Source: Pseudomonadota bacterium (GTDB lineage Bacteria; Pseudomonadota; Alphaproteobacteria; Rhizobiales; Hyphomicrobiaceae). Taken from it: a stretch of 64,000 bases of DNA. The notes under the pieces are model-generated. The model was not told the origin of the DNA, did not search any database, and was given only the letters and a program-made list of their open reading frames with translations. Positions 47,344-57,098 of this stretch are shown one piece after another. How positions within the stretch are numbered: the stretch's first letter is position 1; each line of letters starts with the position of its first letter. Position numbers and translations under genes: made by a program. The stretch lies in assembly GCA_038523925.1 (NCBI GenBank), contig JBCBIY010000005.1, forward strand, positions 27,716 to 91,715, given 5' to 3'.

Positions 47344-47655
47344 TTTTTTGGTCCAACCGCGCTGCAGCGCGTTGGCACACGGGTCCGCCAGGACATCCGC
47401 TGCGGCGCGCGGCGCTAGCCGAAGGCCCGCTCCGTGCGCCTCGCTCACTTTTTTGGTCCAACCGCGCTGCAGCGCGTTGGCACACGAGTCCGGCCGCCAT
47501 CCGCTGCGGCGCGCTACGCTGGCCGAAGGCCCGCTCCGTGCACCTCGCTCACTTTTTTGGTCCAACCGCGCTGCCGCGCGTTGGCACACGAGTCCGCCAG
47601 GACATCCGCTGCGGCGCGCTGCGCTGGCCGAAGGCCCGCTCCGTGCGCCTCGCTC
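47344..47655. repeat. three tandem intergenic repeat units of about 104 bp (REP/RIME-like)
   Basis: Units start with TTTTTTGGTCCAACCGCGCTGCAGCGCGTTGGCACACG at 47344, 47449 and 47553. Each contains two hairpins: CCAAC(C)GCGC-TGCA-GCGCGTTGG and GGCC-GAA-GGCC. Confidence 0.85.
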
Positions 47656-47802
47656 TTTTCTTTGTGGGGTTAGGGGCGGGGGCGGCCGGAGTACCTGTGA
47701 CAAAGGCGGCGAGGGTCGCGTGACGGGGGCTTGGCGGACATGGTACGTGCTCACACAACGCGCAGGAGCGCGGCTCGATTGACGCAAGCGACGGGACGGC
47801 GA

Positions 47803-48147
47803 ATGGCCAAAGCACCGGCAGACTGTAAGGACATGGGTGACGTGCGCGTCGAGATCGACCGCCTCGATAAAGCGCTGGTCGCGCTCATCGCAGAGCGCTT
47901 CGGCTACGTCGAGCGCGCCTGGCAGATCAAGTCACAGGAAAATGCGGCTGCAAACGTACCATGGCGCAATCAACAAGTGATCGATCGGGTCCGCGCCCAG
48001 GCTGAGGCCGACGGTGTGTCACCGGACCTCTGCGAGGCCCTGTGGCGGCAGATGATCGGCTGGTTCATCCAATACGAAGAACAGAAGATGCTTGCTGAGA
48101 ACGAGGACGGGACCGACACGACGACCGGGACCGACAAGGGGGCCTGA
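47803..48147 (+). CDS. chorismate mutase (AroQ class)
   Basis: An RVEIDRLDKALVALIAERFGYVERAWQIK helix typical of AroQ. The start is at MAKAPADC; the listed 47731 start is an extension. Confidence 0.65.
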   Translation: MAKAPADCKDMGDVRVEIDRLDKALVALIAERFGYVERAWQIKSQENAAANVPWRNQQVIDRVRAQAEADGVSPDLCEALWRQMIGWFIQYEEQKMLAENEDGTDTTTGTDKGA

Positions 48148-48440
48148 TGCTTGAGCTGACGCCGTTCGCGCCTATGAACGTTGTGCTGCTGGCCGTGCTC
48201 AATCCGGTCGTCGCGATCGTTGGCTTTATGATGGGCCGGACCGCCGATCAGTGGGGCAAGTGTATTATTGCGGGCTTTGCAGCAGCCCTCGCCGGCAGCG
48301 TCCTGCTGTGGTTCGCGGTGTTCTTTGGCCTGGTGCCGGCACGCGGGATCGGGGGCGAAGCCGGCGTGTTCGTCGTCTCGATCGTGGCCGGCACGATTTG
48401 GGCAACGCTGGCCTACGCGTTTCGCCGGCGGACTGAGTAA
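48147..48440 (+). CDS. small hydrophobic membrane protein, unknown function
   Basis: 97 aa with three predicted TM stretches. The ATG overlaps the stop of the chorismate mutase gene by 1 nt. Confidence 0.45.
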   Translation: MLELTPFAPMNVVLLAVLNPVVAIVGFMMGRTADQWGKCIIAGFAAALAGSVLLWFAVFFGLVPARGIGGEAGVFVVSIVAGTIWATLAYAFRRRTE

Positions 48441-48479
48441 GCCGCCGGCACGCGCTTCAGGCCGAACGCCGTCGCAACG

Positions 48480-49106
48480 TCAGTTCGTTGTCGCGATGTT
48501 CGCAGCCGCCGTCGTCGTCGACGCCCGCACGGCCGGATCAAGCGCCATCCAAACCTGCGCGTTGAGGTACGACTGCCGCATCAGGTACCGGTAAGGCGTC
48601 TCGTGCCAGACGCGGACCTCATCGACCTTGTTGTCGAGGATGAAATCGCCTTGTGCGGTGCGCACGGTGAGCACCGCATGTCCGTCGCCGACTTCATCGC
48701 GCACAACCGTGATCAGCAGCGCATTGGCTGGCCAGCCCCGGCGGATGAGCACCTGCCGCTTCAGAAGCACATAGTCTTCGCAGTCGCCACGCGTGCGCGG
48801 CATCGTCCAGTATTCTTTAACGCCGAAAATCTCTTCGTCCGTCGCCGGTTCAATCGTGCGGTTGATCTGGCGGTTCACGCGGTCGAGTTCGGCGAGGCGA
48901 TCGGGTGTGGCTGAAAACCGGCGTGCGGCTGGGCGCCCGGGACGACATGCCGACTGGTTCGACCGGCAGTATTCAACATAGCCATAAGGAGGCGGCGCGG
49001 TCCCATAGATCCGCATGAAAGCCGACCCCGGACGATCATCGGCCAGTGCCGAACCGGAATACCAGACAAGCGTCGCCGCAAACGCAATCGCAACCCGAAA
49101 CGCCAT
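48480..49106 (-). CDS. periplasmic transglutaminase-like cysteine peptidase (BTLCP/LapG-like)
   Basis: Signal peptide and Cys-His-Asp triad context (RGDCEDYVLLKR, DGHAVLTV, FILDN). Confidence 0.75.
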   Translation of the reverse strand: MAFRVAIAFAATLVWYSGSALADDRPGSAFMRIYGTAPPPYGYVEYCRSNQSACRPGRPAARRFSATPDRLAELDRVNRQINRTIEPATDEEIFGVKEYWTMPRTRGDCEDYVLLKRQVLIRRGWPANALLITVVRDEVGDGHAVLTVRTAQGDFILDNKVDEVRVWHETPYRYLMRQSYLNAQVWMALDPAVRASTTTAAANIATTN

Positions 49107-49285
49107 GACTCAACCCCACTGATACTTACGCCAGTCATCCCCAATACCCTCTGGGAGACGACCGAGAACTCGACAGACCTTTAGAAGGCCACAGAATTGG
49201 TTCGAAGGAGAGTGTGCCTTCGGTTTTGTGCACAGCCGCTGCACATGCGTGTCATTGACGCCAACACCATGTGGCGTGTTCGCCA

Positions 49286-49918
49286 TTAGCCGCGAAAGCC
49301 CGACCGCAATCCGGTTGGACGCTGAACGTCTACAAATTCGATCGCAAAACCGTCGGCATGATGGCGGACAACGCGGCCGCGAATGGTGCCAAGACGGATA
49401 ATGTCGCCGCGCGCCGGGCGGGCGTGACACGTCACCGACGCGCCTGAGATGGAGATGTCGAGGACGGTGCAGGCAGCGACTTCGCCGTTCGCGAGTGTGA
49501 CCTGACTTGGTTCTGCGTCGAGCACAAGGCGGTCGTGGCCGGGCCGGCGCTCTTCGATGCCCTCGAGGCTGTCGCGATTGATGAGCCACGTAAGCTGGGC
49601 CGCCAGCTTTTCGCGCCGGCGCGGGCTCGCGTTGATCGTCATCGCAAAGCCGTCGCTGAACTTGCGGAACACGGGCCCTTCAATCCGGCCGATGTGCTCG
49701 AAGTAGGCAATGATGTGCTCGCCGGGCGTCAGCTCGACCGGCGCGAACATGGCAGCGCCACCTACCGAGATGTCATTGAGACGGCAATTGAACTCAGACC
49801 GGTCAGCGCGCATGAAGCGGCCGATCAGATCAATCTTCACGCGGCGGTGAATGCGCCGATCCAGGGAAACGCGCGGTGCCAAAGGGTCGGACGGCGCGAC
49901 ATGGGCTGCGTGAGACAT
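49286..49918 (-). CDS. tandem PilZ-domain protein
   Basis: Two RxxxR...D/NxSxxG motifs: RRVKID...NDISVGGAA and RRPGHDR...LDISISGAS. The start is taken at MSHAAHV. Confidence 0.7.
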   Translation of the reverse strand: MSHAAHVAPSDPLAPRVSLDRRIHRRVKIDLIGRFMRADRSEFNCRLNDISVGGAAMFAPVELTPGEHIIAYFEHIGRIEGPVFRKFSDGFAMTINASPRRREKLAAQLTWLINRDSLEGIEERRPGHDRLVLDAEPSQVTLANGEVAACTVLDISISGASVTCHARPARGDIIRLGTIRGRVVRHHADGFAIEFVDVQRPTGLRSGFRG

Positions 49919-50110
49919 TGAAAACTCGCTCCAACACTGCGCGAAACCGCGCCTTAACCCTAAGTATCCGGGCCAAGTCTTAACGTTGTGCAAAGTCACG
50001 ATCCGAAATCGGGACAGTGCAGGACGTGTGCTGTGGAGTTGAGGCGAGAAGTGTGAAGGCCGGGTAACGGGTCAGCTAAAGGGTGCAGCCGGCCGGCACC
50101 GATCCGCGCG

Positions 50111-50749
50111 CTAGTCGCTCAATCCGCCATCGTAGACACGGAACTGGCGACGGTCGGAGCGGACGATGCGCGCGCTCCTGATGTCGGCGGTGAACGGCGC
50201 CGGGGCCTGTGGGCCTTGCGGCTCGGTCGGCGTCACGTACTGCTCAAGGTTGGCGTCAGGCGTGATCATGCGGCTGGAGAGCAACCGGTGGTTGGTCAGC
50301 GGCTCGCTGTTGAACCGGGTCTCGCTATAGGCCGCGCTGATCGCACCGAGGCAGCGGTCGACTTGATCGTTCGTGTGGACGAGCGGCATCAGCAGCATCT
50401 CGCAGGTGATGGTCTCACCGGACGGCGCCTCGCCTGCGAACTCAAACACGCCAAGCCGGCAATGCCGCGTAATCGCCGACAGCGCCTTCTCAAACGAGAT
50501 GCGGTCGCCTTCCTCGTCCCAAAGCGGAAAGAATTCTTCACCGCGCAGTTCGTACCCAAAGATATCGCAGACATCGGTGCCCGCGAGGCGGAACCGGTAG
50601 GTCTCGAAATCCAGCCGCTCAAGGATAAGGGTCGAAGACAGGATATGGGAAATGCGCGCGGGCTCGATGTCGAACCGGCGGGGCGCAGGGCGGCCATCTC
50701 TGACCTCGTTCCAATAGGAATAGAGGGTCTGACTGGTGGTATGTTTCAT
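50111..50749 (-). CDS. PAS_5-type PAS domain protein
   Basis: LYSYWNEVRDGRPAPRRFDIEPARISHIL...YRFRLAGTDVCDIFG resembles the alphaproteobacterial stand-alone PAS_5 family. The start is at MKHTTSQ (50749). Confidence 0.6.
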   Translation of the reverse strand: MKHTTSQTLYSYWNEVRDGRPAPRRFDIEPARISHILSSTLILERLDFETYRFRLAGTDVCDIFGYELRGEEFFPLWDEEGDRISFEKALSAITRHCRLGVFEFAGEAPSGETITCEMLLMPLVHTNDQVDRCLGAISAAYSETRFNSEPLTNHRLLSSRMITPDANLEQYVTPTEPQGPQAPAPFTADIRSARIVRSDRRQFRVYDGGLSD

Positions 50750-50991
50750 GGTCCTGAGAGCCCCAGCGCGGCCGGTTGCTCCGGCTCGTCGGCTTTTGAG
50801 TGCGGGCGCGGGGTCGGTCCTCGCAGGATCGGGCCGCGCACGGTATAGCGGGGGGTCAGCACGTTCCATGCCATCGCGCCGACGCGCCGTTGCGACGCGC
50901 GCTGGCGAATGCGAGGGGGCCTTGAGCAAATCCCCGGAAGCGCAGATATCAGACGGGCGCCGGGCGATCTGGCACGTATCAGGACCTGCCA

Positions 50992-51732
50992 ATGACGACC
51001 GACGCTCAGCACCAGCCGGTATTTAACGCCCCCGCGATCGTTATCCTTACCGCGGGCGGCCTGCTGCTCATCCACCTCGGCCTGACGCTGCTGACGGAGG
51101 ACGACCGGTATTGGCTGCAGCTCGCGCTCGGTGTCATCCCGGCGCGCTACGCAGATGTCGCGGTCGCATTGCCCGGCGGCGCGTGGTCGGCCTACGTCGC
51201 GCCGCTGACGCACATGGCAGTGCACGCGGACTGGACGCACGTCATCTTCAACGTCGCCTGGTTCGTCGCCTTCGGGACGATCATCGCCCGCCGTCTGAGC
51301 ACGCTACGTTTCGTTTTGTTCTTCGTCATTACCGGCCTGTTCGGCGCGCTCGCGTTCGTCGCCAACAACTTCGGGCTCGCCTATCCGATGATCGGCGCGT
51401 CAGGCGCCATTGCGGGGCTGATGGGCGGCCTGCTCAGGCTCTTTCCGCTGATCGGGGCGTCGCCGCCGGGCGAGGACCGGACGTACGGCATGGTGCACTA
51501 CCCCATGCCGCCGCTCAGCTATGCGCTGCGCTTCCGTCCTGTGATCGGTGTCATCGTCGCCTTCCTCGTGATCAACCTCGTGTTCGCAACCGGCATCGCG
51601 TCTGAGTTCGCTGGCGAGATTGCCTGGGAGGCGCATCTTGGCGGGTTCGCAGCCGGCGTCTTCCTGTTCGGCCTCTTCGACCGCCCGCAGCCGGCGCCCG
51701 AGCCCTACGGCTACGAAGACGCAGACATGTGA
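50992..51732 (+). CDS. rhomboid-family intramembrane serine protease
   Basis: Six TM stretches, catalytic GASGAIAGLMGG and downstream AHLGGFAAG. Confidence 0.75.
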   Translation: MTTDAQHQPVFNAPAIVILTAGGLLLIHLGLTLLTEDDRYWLQLALGVIPARYADVAVALPGGAWSAYVAPLTHMAVHADWTHVIFNVAWFVAFGTIIARRLSTLRFVLFFVITGLFGALAFVANNFGLAYPMIGASGAIAGLMGGLLRLFPLIGASPPGEDRTYGMVHYPMPPLSYALRFRPVIGVIVAFLVINLVFATGIASEFAGEIAWEAHLGGFAAGVFLFGLFDRPQPAPEPYGYEDADM

Positions 51733-51772
51733 GCCGGCGGCGAGGGGCGGGCAGGCACCTTCAGCGCGGCAA

Positions 51773-52534
51773 TCAGACCTTCAAGCGGTAGCCGGTTTTA
51801 AAGACCCACCAGATCGCCACGATGCAAGCGGTCGTGAACGCGAACGTCATGGCGAGGCTGATCCAGATGTTCACGTCCGCCTGCCCGGTGAACGACCAAC
51901 GGAAGCCGGAGATCAGATAGACGACAGGATTGAAGAGGCTGATCCGCTGCCAGAACTCCGGCAGCATCGAGATCGAGTAGAACGTGCCGCCAAGAAACGC
52001 GAGCGGCGTGATCACGAGCAACGGCACCACCTGCAACTGCTCGAAGTTTTCGGCCCAGAGCCCGATGATAAAACCGAACAGCGAGAACGTCACAGCCGTC
52101 AGCACGAGGAACAGCAGCATCATGAACGGATACTCTATCCTGAGCGGCACGATAAACGAGGCCGTGATGAGGATGATGATTCCGAGAATGATCGATTTGG
52201 TCGCCGCCGCACCGACGTATCCGATGACGATCTCAAGCGCCGAGATGGGCGCCGACAGGATCTCATACACGGTGCCTGTGAACCGCGGGAAATAGATGCC
52301 GAACGATGCATTCGACACGCTCTGCGTCAGCAGTGAGAGCATGATCAGGCCCGGCACAATGAACGCGCCGTAGCTGACGCCCTCAATGTCGGTGATGCGC
52401 GACCCAATCGCCGCGCCGAAAACGACGAAGTACAGGCAGGTCGTAATCACCGGCGAGATAATGGACTGCATGATCGTGCGCCACATGCGGTTCATTTCGA
52501 ATTGGTAGATCGCACGGATCGCATGGACATTCAT
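51773..52534 (-). CDS. ABC-2 type exporter permease
   Basis: 253 aa with six TM stretches and an ABC-2 pattern. It lies 5 nt downstream of the ATPase gene. Confidence 0.8.
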   Translation of the reverse strand: MNVHAIRAIYQFEMNRMWRTIMQSIISPVITTCLYFVVFGAAIGSRITDIEGVSYGAFIVPGLIMLSLLTQSVSNASFGIYFPRFTGTVYEILSAPISALEIVIGYVGAAATKSIILGIIILITASFIVPLRIEYPFMMLLFLVLTAVTFSLFGFIIGLWAENFEQLQVVPLLVITPLAFLGGTFYSISMLPEFWQRISLFNPVVYLISGFRWSFTGQADVNIWISLAMTFAFTTACIVAIWWVFKTGYRLKV

Positions 52535-52539
52535 GGCGC

Positions 52540-53490
52540 TCAGTCCTTCGCGCTGACGAGTTTGACGAAGATATCTTCAAGCGAGTTCTGCTCTGTCTGC
52601 AGGTCGCGAAAGCGGATGCCGGCGTCAGAGAGCGCATTGAGGAGGCGCGTGATGCCCGTGCGCGTCTCCGCGCTATCGTAAGTGTAGACGAGCTCGCAGC
52701 CGTTGCTTTGCAGCCGAAGGTTAAAGTCCGCCAGCGCGGCCGGCAGCTCCGTCACGGGGTCAGTGAGCAGCAGCGTCAGCTTCTTCTCGCCGAGCTTCTG
52801 CATCAGCGATGCCTTGTCTTCGACAAGCACAATGCGCCCCTGATTGATGACGCCGACCCGGTCCGCCATCTCTTCGGCTTCCTCGATGTAGTGCGTCGTC
52901 AGGATGATCGTGACGCCCTGTTCGCGCAGACGATTGACCGACGCCCACATGTCGCGGCGGAGCGCAACATCGACGCCTGCCGTCGGCTCATCGAGGAACA
53001 GGATTTTCGGCTCGTGGCTCAGCGCCTTCGCGATCAAAACCCGCCGCTTCATGCCGCCGGAGAGCGTCATGATGCGGTTGTCCTTCTTGTCCCAGAGCGA
53101 CAGATCGCGAAGGACAGCTTCGATGTGCTCCGGTTTCGCCGGCAACCCAAACAGCCCGCGCGAAAAGCTCACCGTGTTCCAGACGGTCTCGAACGCATCC
53201 GTCGTCAGCTCCTGCGGGACGAGCCCGATCAGCGAACGGGCATCGCGAAAGTGCTTGATGATGTCATGACCGGCGACCGTGATGCGGCCGTCGGTTGGAT
53301 TGACGATGCCGCAGATTGTCGAAATGAGCGTCGTCTTGCCCGCACCATTGGGCCCGAGCAGCGCGAAGATCTCGCCCTGCATGATTTCGAGATTGATATC
53401 CTTCAGCGCTTCGAAGCCGCCGGGATAGGTCTTTTGCAGGCCGGCGATCTCAATGATCGTCTCCTGGGTCGGCAGGGGATCATCACGCAT
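52540..53490 (-). CDS. ABC exporter ATP-binding protein
   Basis: Walker [10 protein letters not shown], signature LSGGMKRR and Walker [12 protein letters not shown]. The ATG at 53490 shares one nt with the upstream stop (TGATG). The listed start at 53763 is an extension. Confidence 0.85.
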   Translation of the reverse strand: MRDDPLPTQETIIEIAGLQKTYPGGFEALKDINLEIMQGEIFALLGPNGAGKTTLISTICGIVNPTDGRITVAGHDIIKHFRDARSLIGLVPQELTTDAFETVWNTVSFSRGLFGLPAKPEHIEAVLRDLSLWDKKDNRIMTLSGGMKRRVLIAKALSHEPKILFLDEPTAGVDVALRRDMWASVNRLREQGVTIILTTHYIEEAEEMADRVGVINQGRIVLVEDKASLMQKLGEKKLTLLLTDPVTELPAALADFNLRLQSNGCELVYTYDSAETRTGITRLLNALSDAGIRFRDLQTEQNSLEDIFVKLVSAKD

Positions 53491-54530
53491 CAGACTGTGG
53501 CCACGGGCGTTGCCGGCGAGCCGACGGCGCCTGGCAGGCGGAGCGGGGGCGCGGTCAGGAGGAAGCGGCTGCGGCCGGCGGCTGCGAGATGTTCGGCAAG
53601 TGGGGTCAGGTGCCAGATTTCGCCGAGGTGGATGCCAAGCTTGAACAGGCAAAGCTCGTGCAGCGGCAGCATCGCGCGCGGCCCGCTGCCGGTCTTGTTT
53701 GGCACGCGCTCGACAGCATAGTTGTCGGAGATCAAAACCGACAGGCCGCTGTCCCGGATCCAATCGTGGAGTTCCGTGTCGCGACCGTCGAGGGCGGTGC
53801 AGATGTTTTGCGCCGCTCCTGGCTCCGGCGCCCCGTTCATGGCGAGTAGGCGATCGGCGAAGCCCGTGTGCAGGCAGACCATGTCGCCCGGCTCGATCGT
53901 GATGGACTGGTCGCGCATGACACCGCTCAGTTCAGCGTAAGTGACGTTGCGCGCTTCGTCGCCAAACGCGCGGCGCAGATCAATCATCACCGCGCGGCCC
54001 TGAATGCAGCGCTCGGCCATGTTCTCGATGCCAAGCTTCGCGGCATCGGCTCCTGCCATCCCGCCGCATTCGTCGCAATCCTTCGCGAGCGTCACATCAG
54101 TGCCGCCGCGCCAGCCGTTGTAGAAGACGGGCTCCGCCTCGCCGTCGCCATCGGCATCGAAGTGCTGGCCGACGTGGCTGAGCGCGTCCCACTGCGTTGA
54201 ATACTGCGTATGGAGGAGGACGCGGTCGTCGTTGACGACGTCGGTCAGGTCCGGGTCGCCCTGCGCGTCGCGCGCGGCAACGAGCGAGCGCGGCACACCC
54301 TGCGGGGTCATCGTCGCATAGCGCACCGGTGGGTGGCGCGCTGGGTTGAGGACGTTACCGCCCGGGCAATCGAGCGGCAGCGAAAGGCAGAACGTGCGCC
54401 CCTCCTGGACTTCAGCGATCCCCTGCTTGACCTTCTCCGGCGTGATCAGGTTCAGACGACCGCATTGATCGTCGTCGCCAAAGTCGCCCCAGTTCGACCC
54501 CTCAGGCCGGTTCGTCCAACGCTCTGTCAC
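53490..54530 (-). CDS. putative cyclase-family (arylformamidase-like) protein
   Basis: 346 aa with N-terminal [11 protein letters not shown] and a variant of the HxGTHxDxxxH region ([12 protein letters not shown]). The family assignment is from memory only. Confidence 0.55.
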   Translation of the reverse strand: MTERWTNRPEGSNWGDFGDDDQCGRLNLITPEKVKQGIAEVQEGRTFCLSLPLDCPGGNVLNPARHPPVRYATMTPQGVPRSLVAARDAQGDPDLTDVVNDDRVLLHTQYSTQWDALSHVGQHFDADGDGEAEPVFYNGWRGGTDVTLAKDCDECGGMAGADAAKLGIENMAERCIQGRAVMIDLRRAFGDEARNVTYAELSGVMRDQSITIEPGDMVCLHTGFADRLLAMNGAPEPGAAQNICTALDGRDTELHDWIRDSGLSVLISDNYAVERVPNKTGSGPRAMLPLHELCLFKLGIHLGEIWHLTPLAEHLAAAGRSRFLLTAPPLRLPGAVGSPATPVATV

Positions 54531-54609
54531 AGCAACCTCGGTGTCAGCCCCAAATCCGCGATGCGGTTAGCACATCATCCACCAAGGCATAAGCGCGCTG
54601 ACGCCGCTG

Positions 54610-55599
54610 CTACTTTTTCTGCGCTGCGGTCTGCGGTGCAAACGGGGGCTGTTCCGGCGAAAGGGCGACGACCGGCGGCGAGGCCGGGGTGGTCACGGGC
54701 CGCAGCGTTGGCCGAAGCGCGACCTCGGACTTGAGCCCCTTGGCGAGCGCCGCGGTAAACATCGAGCGAAAGGCGGGGTCCGGCGTAACAGGCGTTTTGG
54801 CGCGGATATGAACCACCTTGAAGCCGCGCGCCTTGAGCTCGGCCAGGATGATCGGCAGGGCATCGACGGTGCGCCGCTTGATGTCATGGAACAGCATGAC
54901 GCCTGCGCCGTATTTCTTGATCCGCGCAAAGACCGTGTCGACGATCGCCTCAGTGCTTTTCGCGTAGCTATCATCTGAGACGACATCGACGCTGAAGGTC
55001 GCAAGGCGGCGGAGCTGGGTGTAGGCGAGCATCTCGGCGCTGTCGCTCAAGCCCGGGAAGCGAAAGAACGGCGCGATGGGTTTGCCGGCTGCGAGGGCGA
55101 CGGCTGCAAACCCGCGCTCGATCTGCTTGCGCGCATCGGCGGGCGAAAGCTTCGCGAGCGAGCGCGGATGAGACCACGTGTGTGCGCCGAGCGTATGCCC
55201 CGCGGCTTGGATCGCGCGCAGCGTCCGCGGGTATTTGAGCGCGCGCTTGCCGATGGGGAAGAAGGTCGCAAGCGTGCAGTGTTTCGCAAGCGTCTTCAGG
55301 ATCGGCAGCGTCACATCCGGGGTCGGCCCGTCGTCGAACGTGAGCACGACTTCATCCGGCTTCAGGAACGGCGGCTGCTTCCTAAACTGCGTGATCTTGC
55401 CGAACAGTGGCCCCTGGCTGGTATCGATCTCGACGATCCGGGCGACGCCAATGGCGTTTTCAGGGTCCGCGCATGCAAGCGACGGCGCTGCCAAGCCCGT
55501 GACACCAATTGCCAGCGCGGCGCACGCGACTAAGCCGCGCCGCACGGAGGCTAGCCAAACCCAATCCGTCGTATCCCGCACCTGCAACTCCCCGTCCAC
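54610..55599 (-). CDS. polysaccharide deacetylase (NodB homology domain), secreted
   Basis: VVLTFDDGP, HTWSHP and LFHD motifs, with a signal-like N-terminus. Confidence 0.75.
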   Translation of the reverse strand: MDGELQVRDTTDWVWLASVRRGLVACAALAIGVTGLAAPSLACADPENAIGVARIVEIDTSQGPLFGKITQFRKQPPFLKPDEVVLTFDDGPTPDVTLPILKTLAKHCTLATFFPIGKRALKYPRTLRAIQAAGHTLGAHTWSHPRSLAKLSPADARKQIERGFAAVALAAGKPIAPFFRFPGLSDSAEMLAYTQLRRLATFSVDVVSDDSYAKSTEAIVDTVFARIKKYGAGVMLFHDIKRRTVDALPIILAELKARGFKVVHIRAKTPVTPDPAFRSMFTAALAKGLKSEVALRPTLRPVTTPASPPVVALSPEQPPFAPQTAAQKK

Positions 55600-55692
55600 G
55601 ACGCGCCGAGCGGTCGCATCGGCGCGCCTCTGCCCGGCAAACCCGGCATGCGCGCAGCAAACGCGGACGCCAATCCCGGAGCGGCGGATTGG

Positions 55693-56838
55693 TTAATCGC
55701 TGAAGACAGAGGTCCGCCAATCGGGGACCTTGCGCAGGATCGGGGCAGGCTTCGGGCGCGGCTTCTGCCGGACCGGCCTTGGGCGCCGCGGCTCGACGGT
55801 CGTCGAGGCCCGCGTCCGGCGGACGCGTTCGACACCCGGCACGCTGTCGGGCGTCGCAGATACCTGCTGCACCGCAGGCTTGTTCTTCTTGCCGCCGGCA
55901 GGGACTTTGCCGGAGAACCGAAATGCCGTCTTCAGCGGGCGCGCACGATGGCGGTAAGCCCTCTTATCCAACAGGCGTCCGGCGACGGTGTTATACTCAG
56001 GCAGTGTTTCAGCCGTGTGCTTTGGCACCATATGGACGATCCGGAAGCCGCCGGCCTTGATCTCATTGAGCAGGGGCCCAAGCGCGTTCGCCGTTGCCGA
56101 CTGAATGTCGTGGAACAGCAGGATGCCTTTACGCTTGGCTCTAAGCTTCCGCATGATCGTCTTTCGCACGCGCGAGGCGGATTTCGACCGCCAGTCGAAA
56201 CTGTCGATGTCGATTGAGAAGACACCGAAATTCCGCTCGCCGAGGTAGGCCCGCATCTGGCGCGTGTGCGCGAGATAGGGGAAGCGGAAGAACGGCGCCG
56301 ACGGACGGCCTATTGCAGCTTCGATCGCGCTCAGCCCAAGTTCCATTTCCGCAATTGCGCGCGGCAGGCTGCGAGATTGCTGGTTTTTGTGCGACCACGT
56401 GTGATGGCCGATCGTGTGGCCGGCATCCGCGACCTCACGCAACGTTTTGGGGTCGACGACCGCCATCCGCCCGACCGCGAAAAAGATCGCCTTGGTGCAG
56501 TGCTCGGCAAGCGCGCGGAGCACCTTGCGGGTGTTTCGGCGGAGCGGGCCGTCATCAAATGTCAGCACAACCTCGCCGTCGCGGAGTGGGTCGGCCTGAT
56601 GCTTGTATTGCTGCTGCCCGTATTCAATACCGCCGGTCGTGTCGACTTCGATGACGCGGGAGACGCCAAGTGCGTTCGGATTGGTGCAGGTCGCGACAGT
56701 GTCCTGCTCGGCTCCAACAGCCGGCGCGGCAAGCAACGCGAGGGCGGCCGCGCATGCGCCTGTGGCGGCTGCGAGACGCGAAGCCCGCGCTGAGTTGGGC
56801 GCAGATATACGACCCAGTTTCGTTGCCATCCGCGGCAT
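55693..56838 (-). CDS. polysaccharide deacetylase (NodB homology domain), secreted, with a basic C-terminal extension
   Basis: VVLTFDDGP, HHTWSH and LFHD motifs. It is a paralogue of the preceding gene, with an Arg/Pro/Lys-rich tail. Confidence 0.75.
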   Translation of the reverse strand: MPRMATKLGRISAPNSARASRLAAATGACAAALALLAAPAVGAEQDTVATCTNPNALGVSRVIEVDTTGGIEYGQQQYKHQADPLRDGEVVLTFDDGPLRRNTRKVLRALAEHCTKAIFFAVGRMAVVDPKTLREVADAGHTIGHHTWSHKNQQSRSLPRAIAEMELGLSAIEAAIGRPSAPFFRFPYLAHTRQMRAYLGERNFGVFSIDIDSFDWRSKSASRVRKTIMRKLRAKRKGILLFHDIQSATANALGPLLNEIKAGGFRIVHMVPKHTAETLPEYNTVAGRLLDKRAYRHRARPLKTAFRFSGKVPAGGKKNKPAVQQVSATPDSVPGVERVRRTRASTTVEPRRPRPVRQKPRPKPAPILRKVPDWRTSVFSD

Positions 56839-57098
56839 CCCTCCACTCGTGGTCCGTCGCGGGCGCGCTGCCCGGAACCAACCCCCCGACGCACCATTCT
56901 ATCAGGTTGTGGGGGTAGCGCGCGAGCTTTGCAGCGCCACGACCGCCGACAACCTCGTGAACTTGCAGCTATGCTAACCGCGTGTGGCCCGGCCGCCGCA
57001 TGTGGCTTGCCCTCACGAGGTGTGTTAGCGGCGTGCGACCGCGGGCCCGTTGGGCTGCGCTTCCCGCATTGATGATTGGATCGGATGGGAGCTGTCTG

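Noticed and set aside
47666-47689. The G-rich tract GGGGTTAGGGGCGGGGGCGGCCGG just after the repeats, as a possible G-quadruplex or telomere-like TTAGGG.
   Set aside because: It has only three runs of three or more G, it is a single occurrence, and it sits in a GC-rich genome. That is insufficient to claim a structure or function.
47158-47815. ORFs of 80-209 aa on both strands over the ~104-bp tandem repeats, with repetitive peptides such as RGARSGPSASAARRSG.
   Set aside because: They are generated by the intergenic repeat units, and their composition is low-complexity. There is no support for coding.
56839-57098. Possible Mg2+ riboswitch (M-box) in the 260-nt leader of mgtE.
   Set aside because: I could not recognise M-box conserved elements by eye, and the class is mainly known from Firmicutes. 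An Infernal/Rfam scan would be needed, so it is not reported as a feature.
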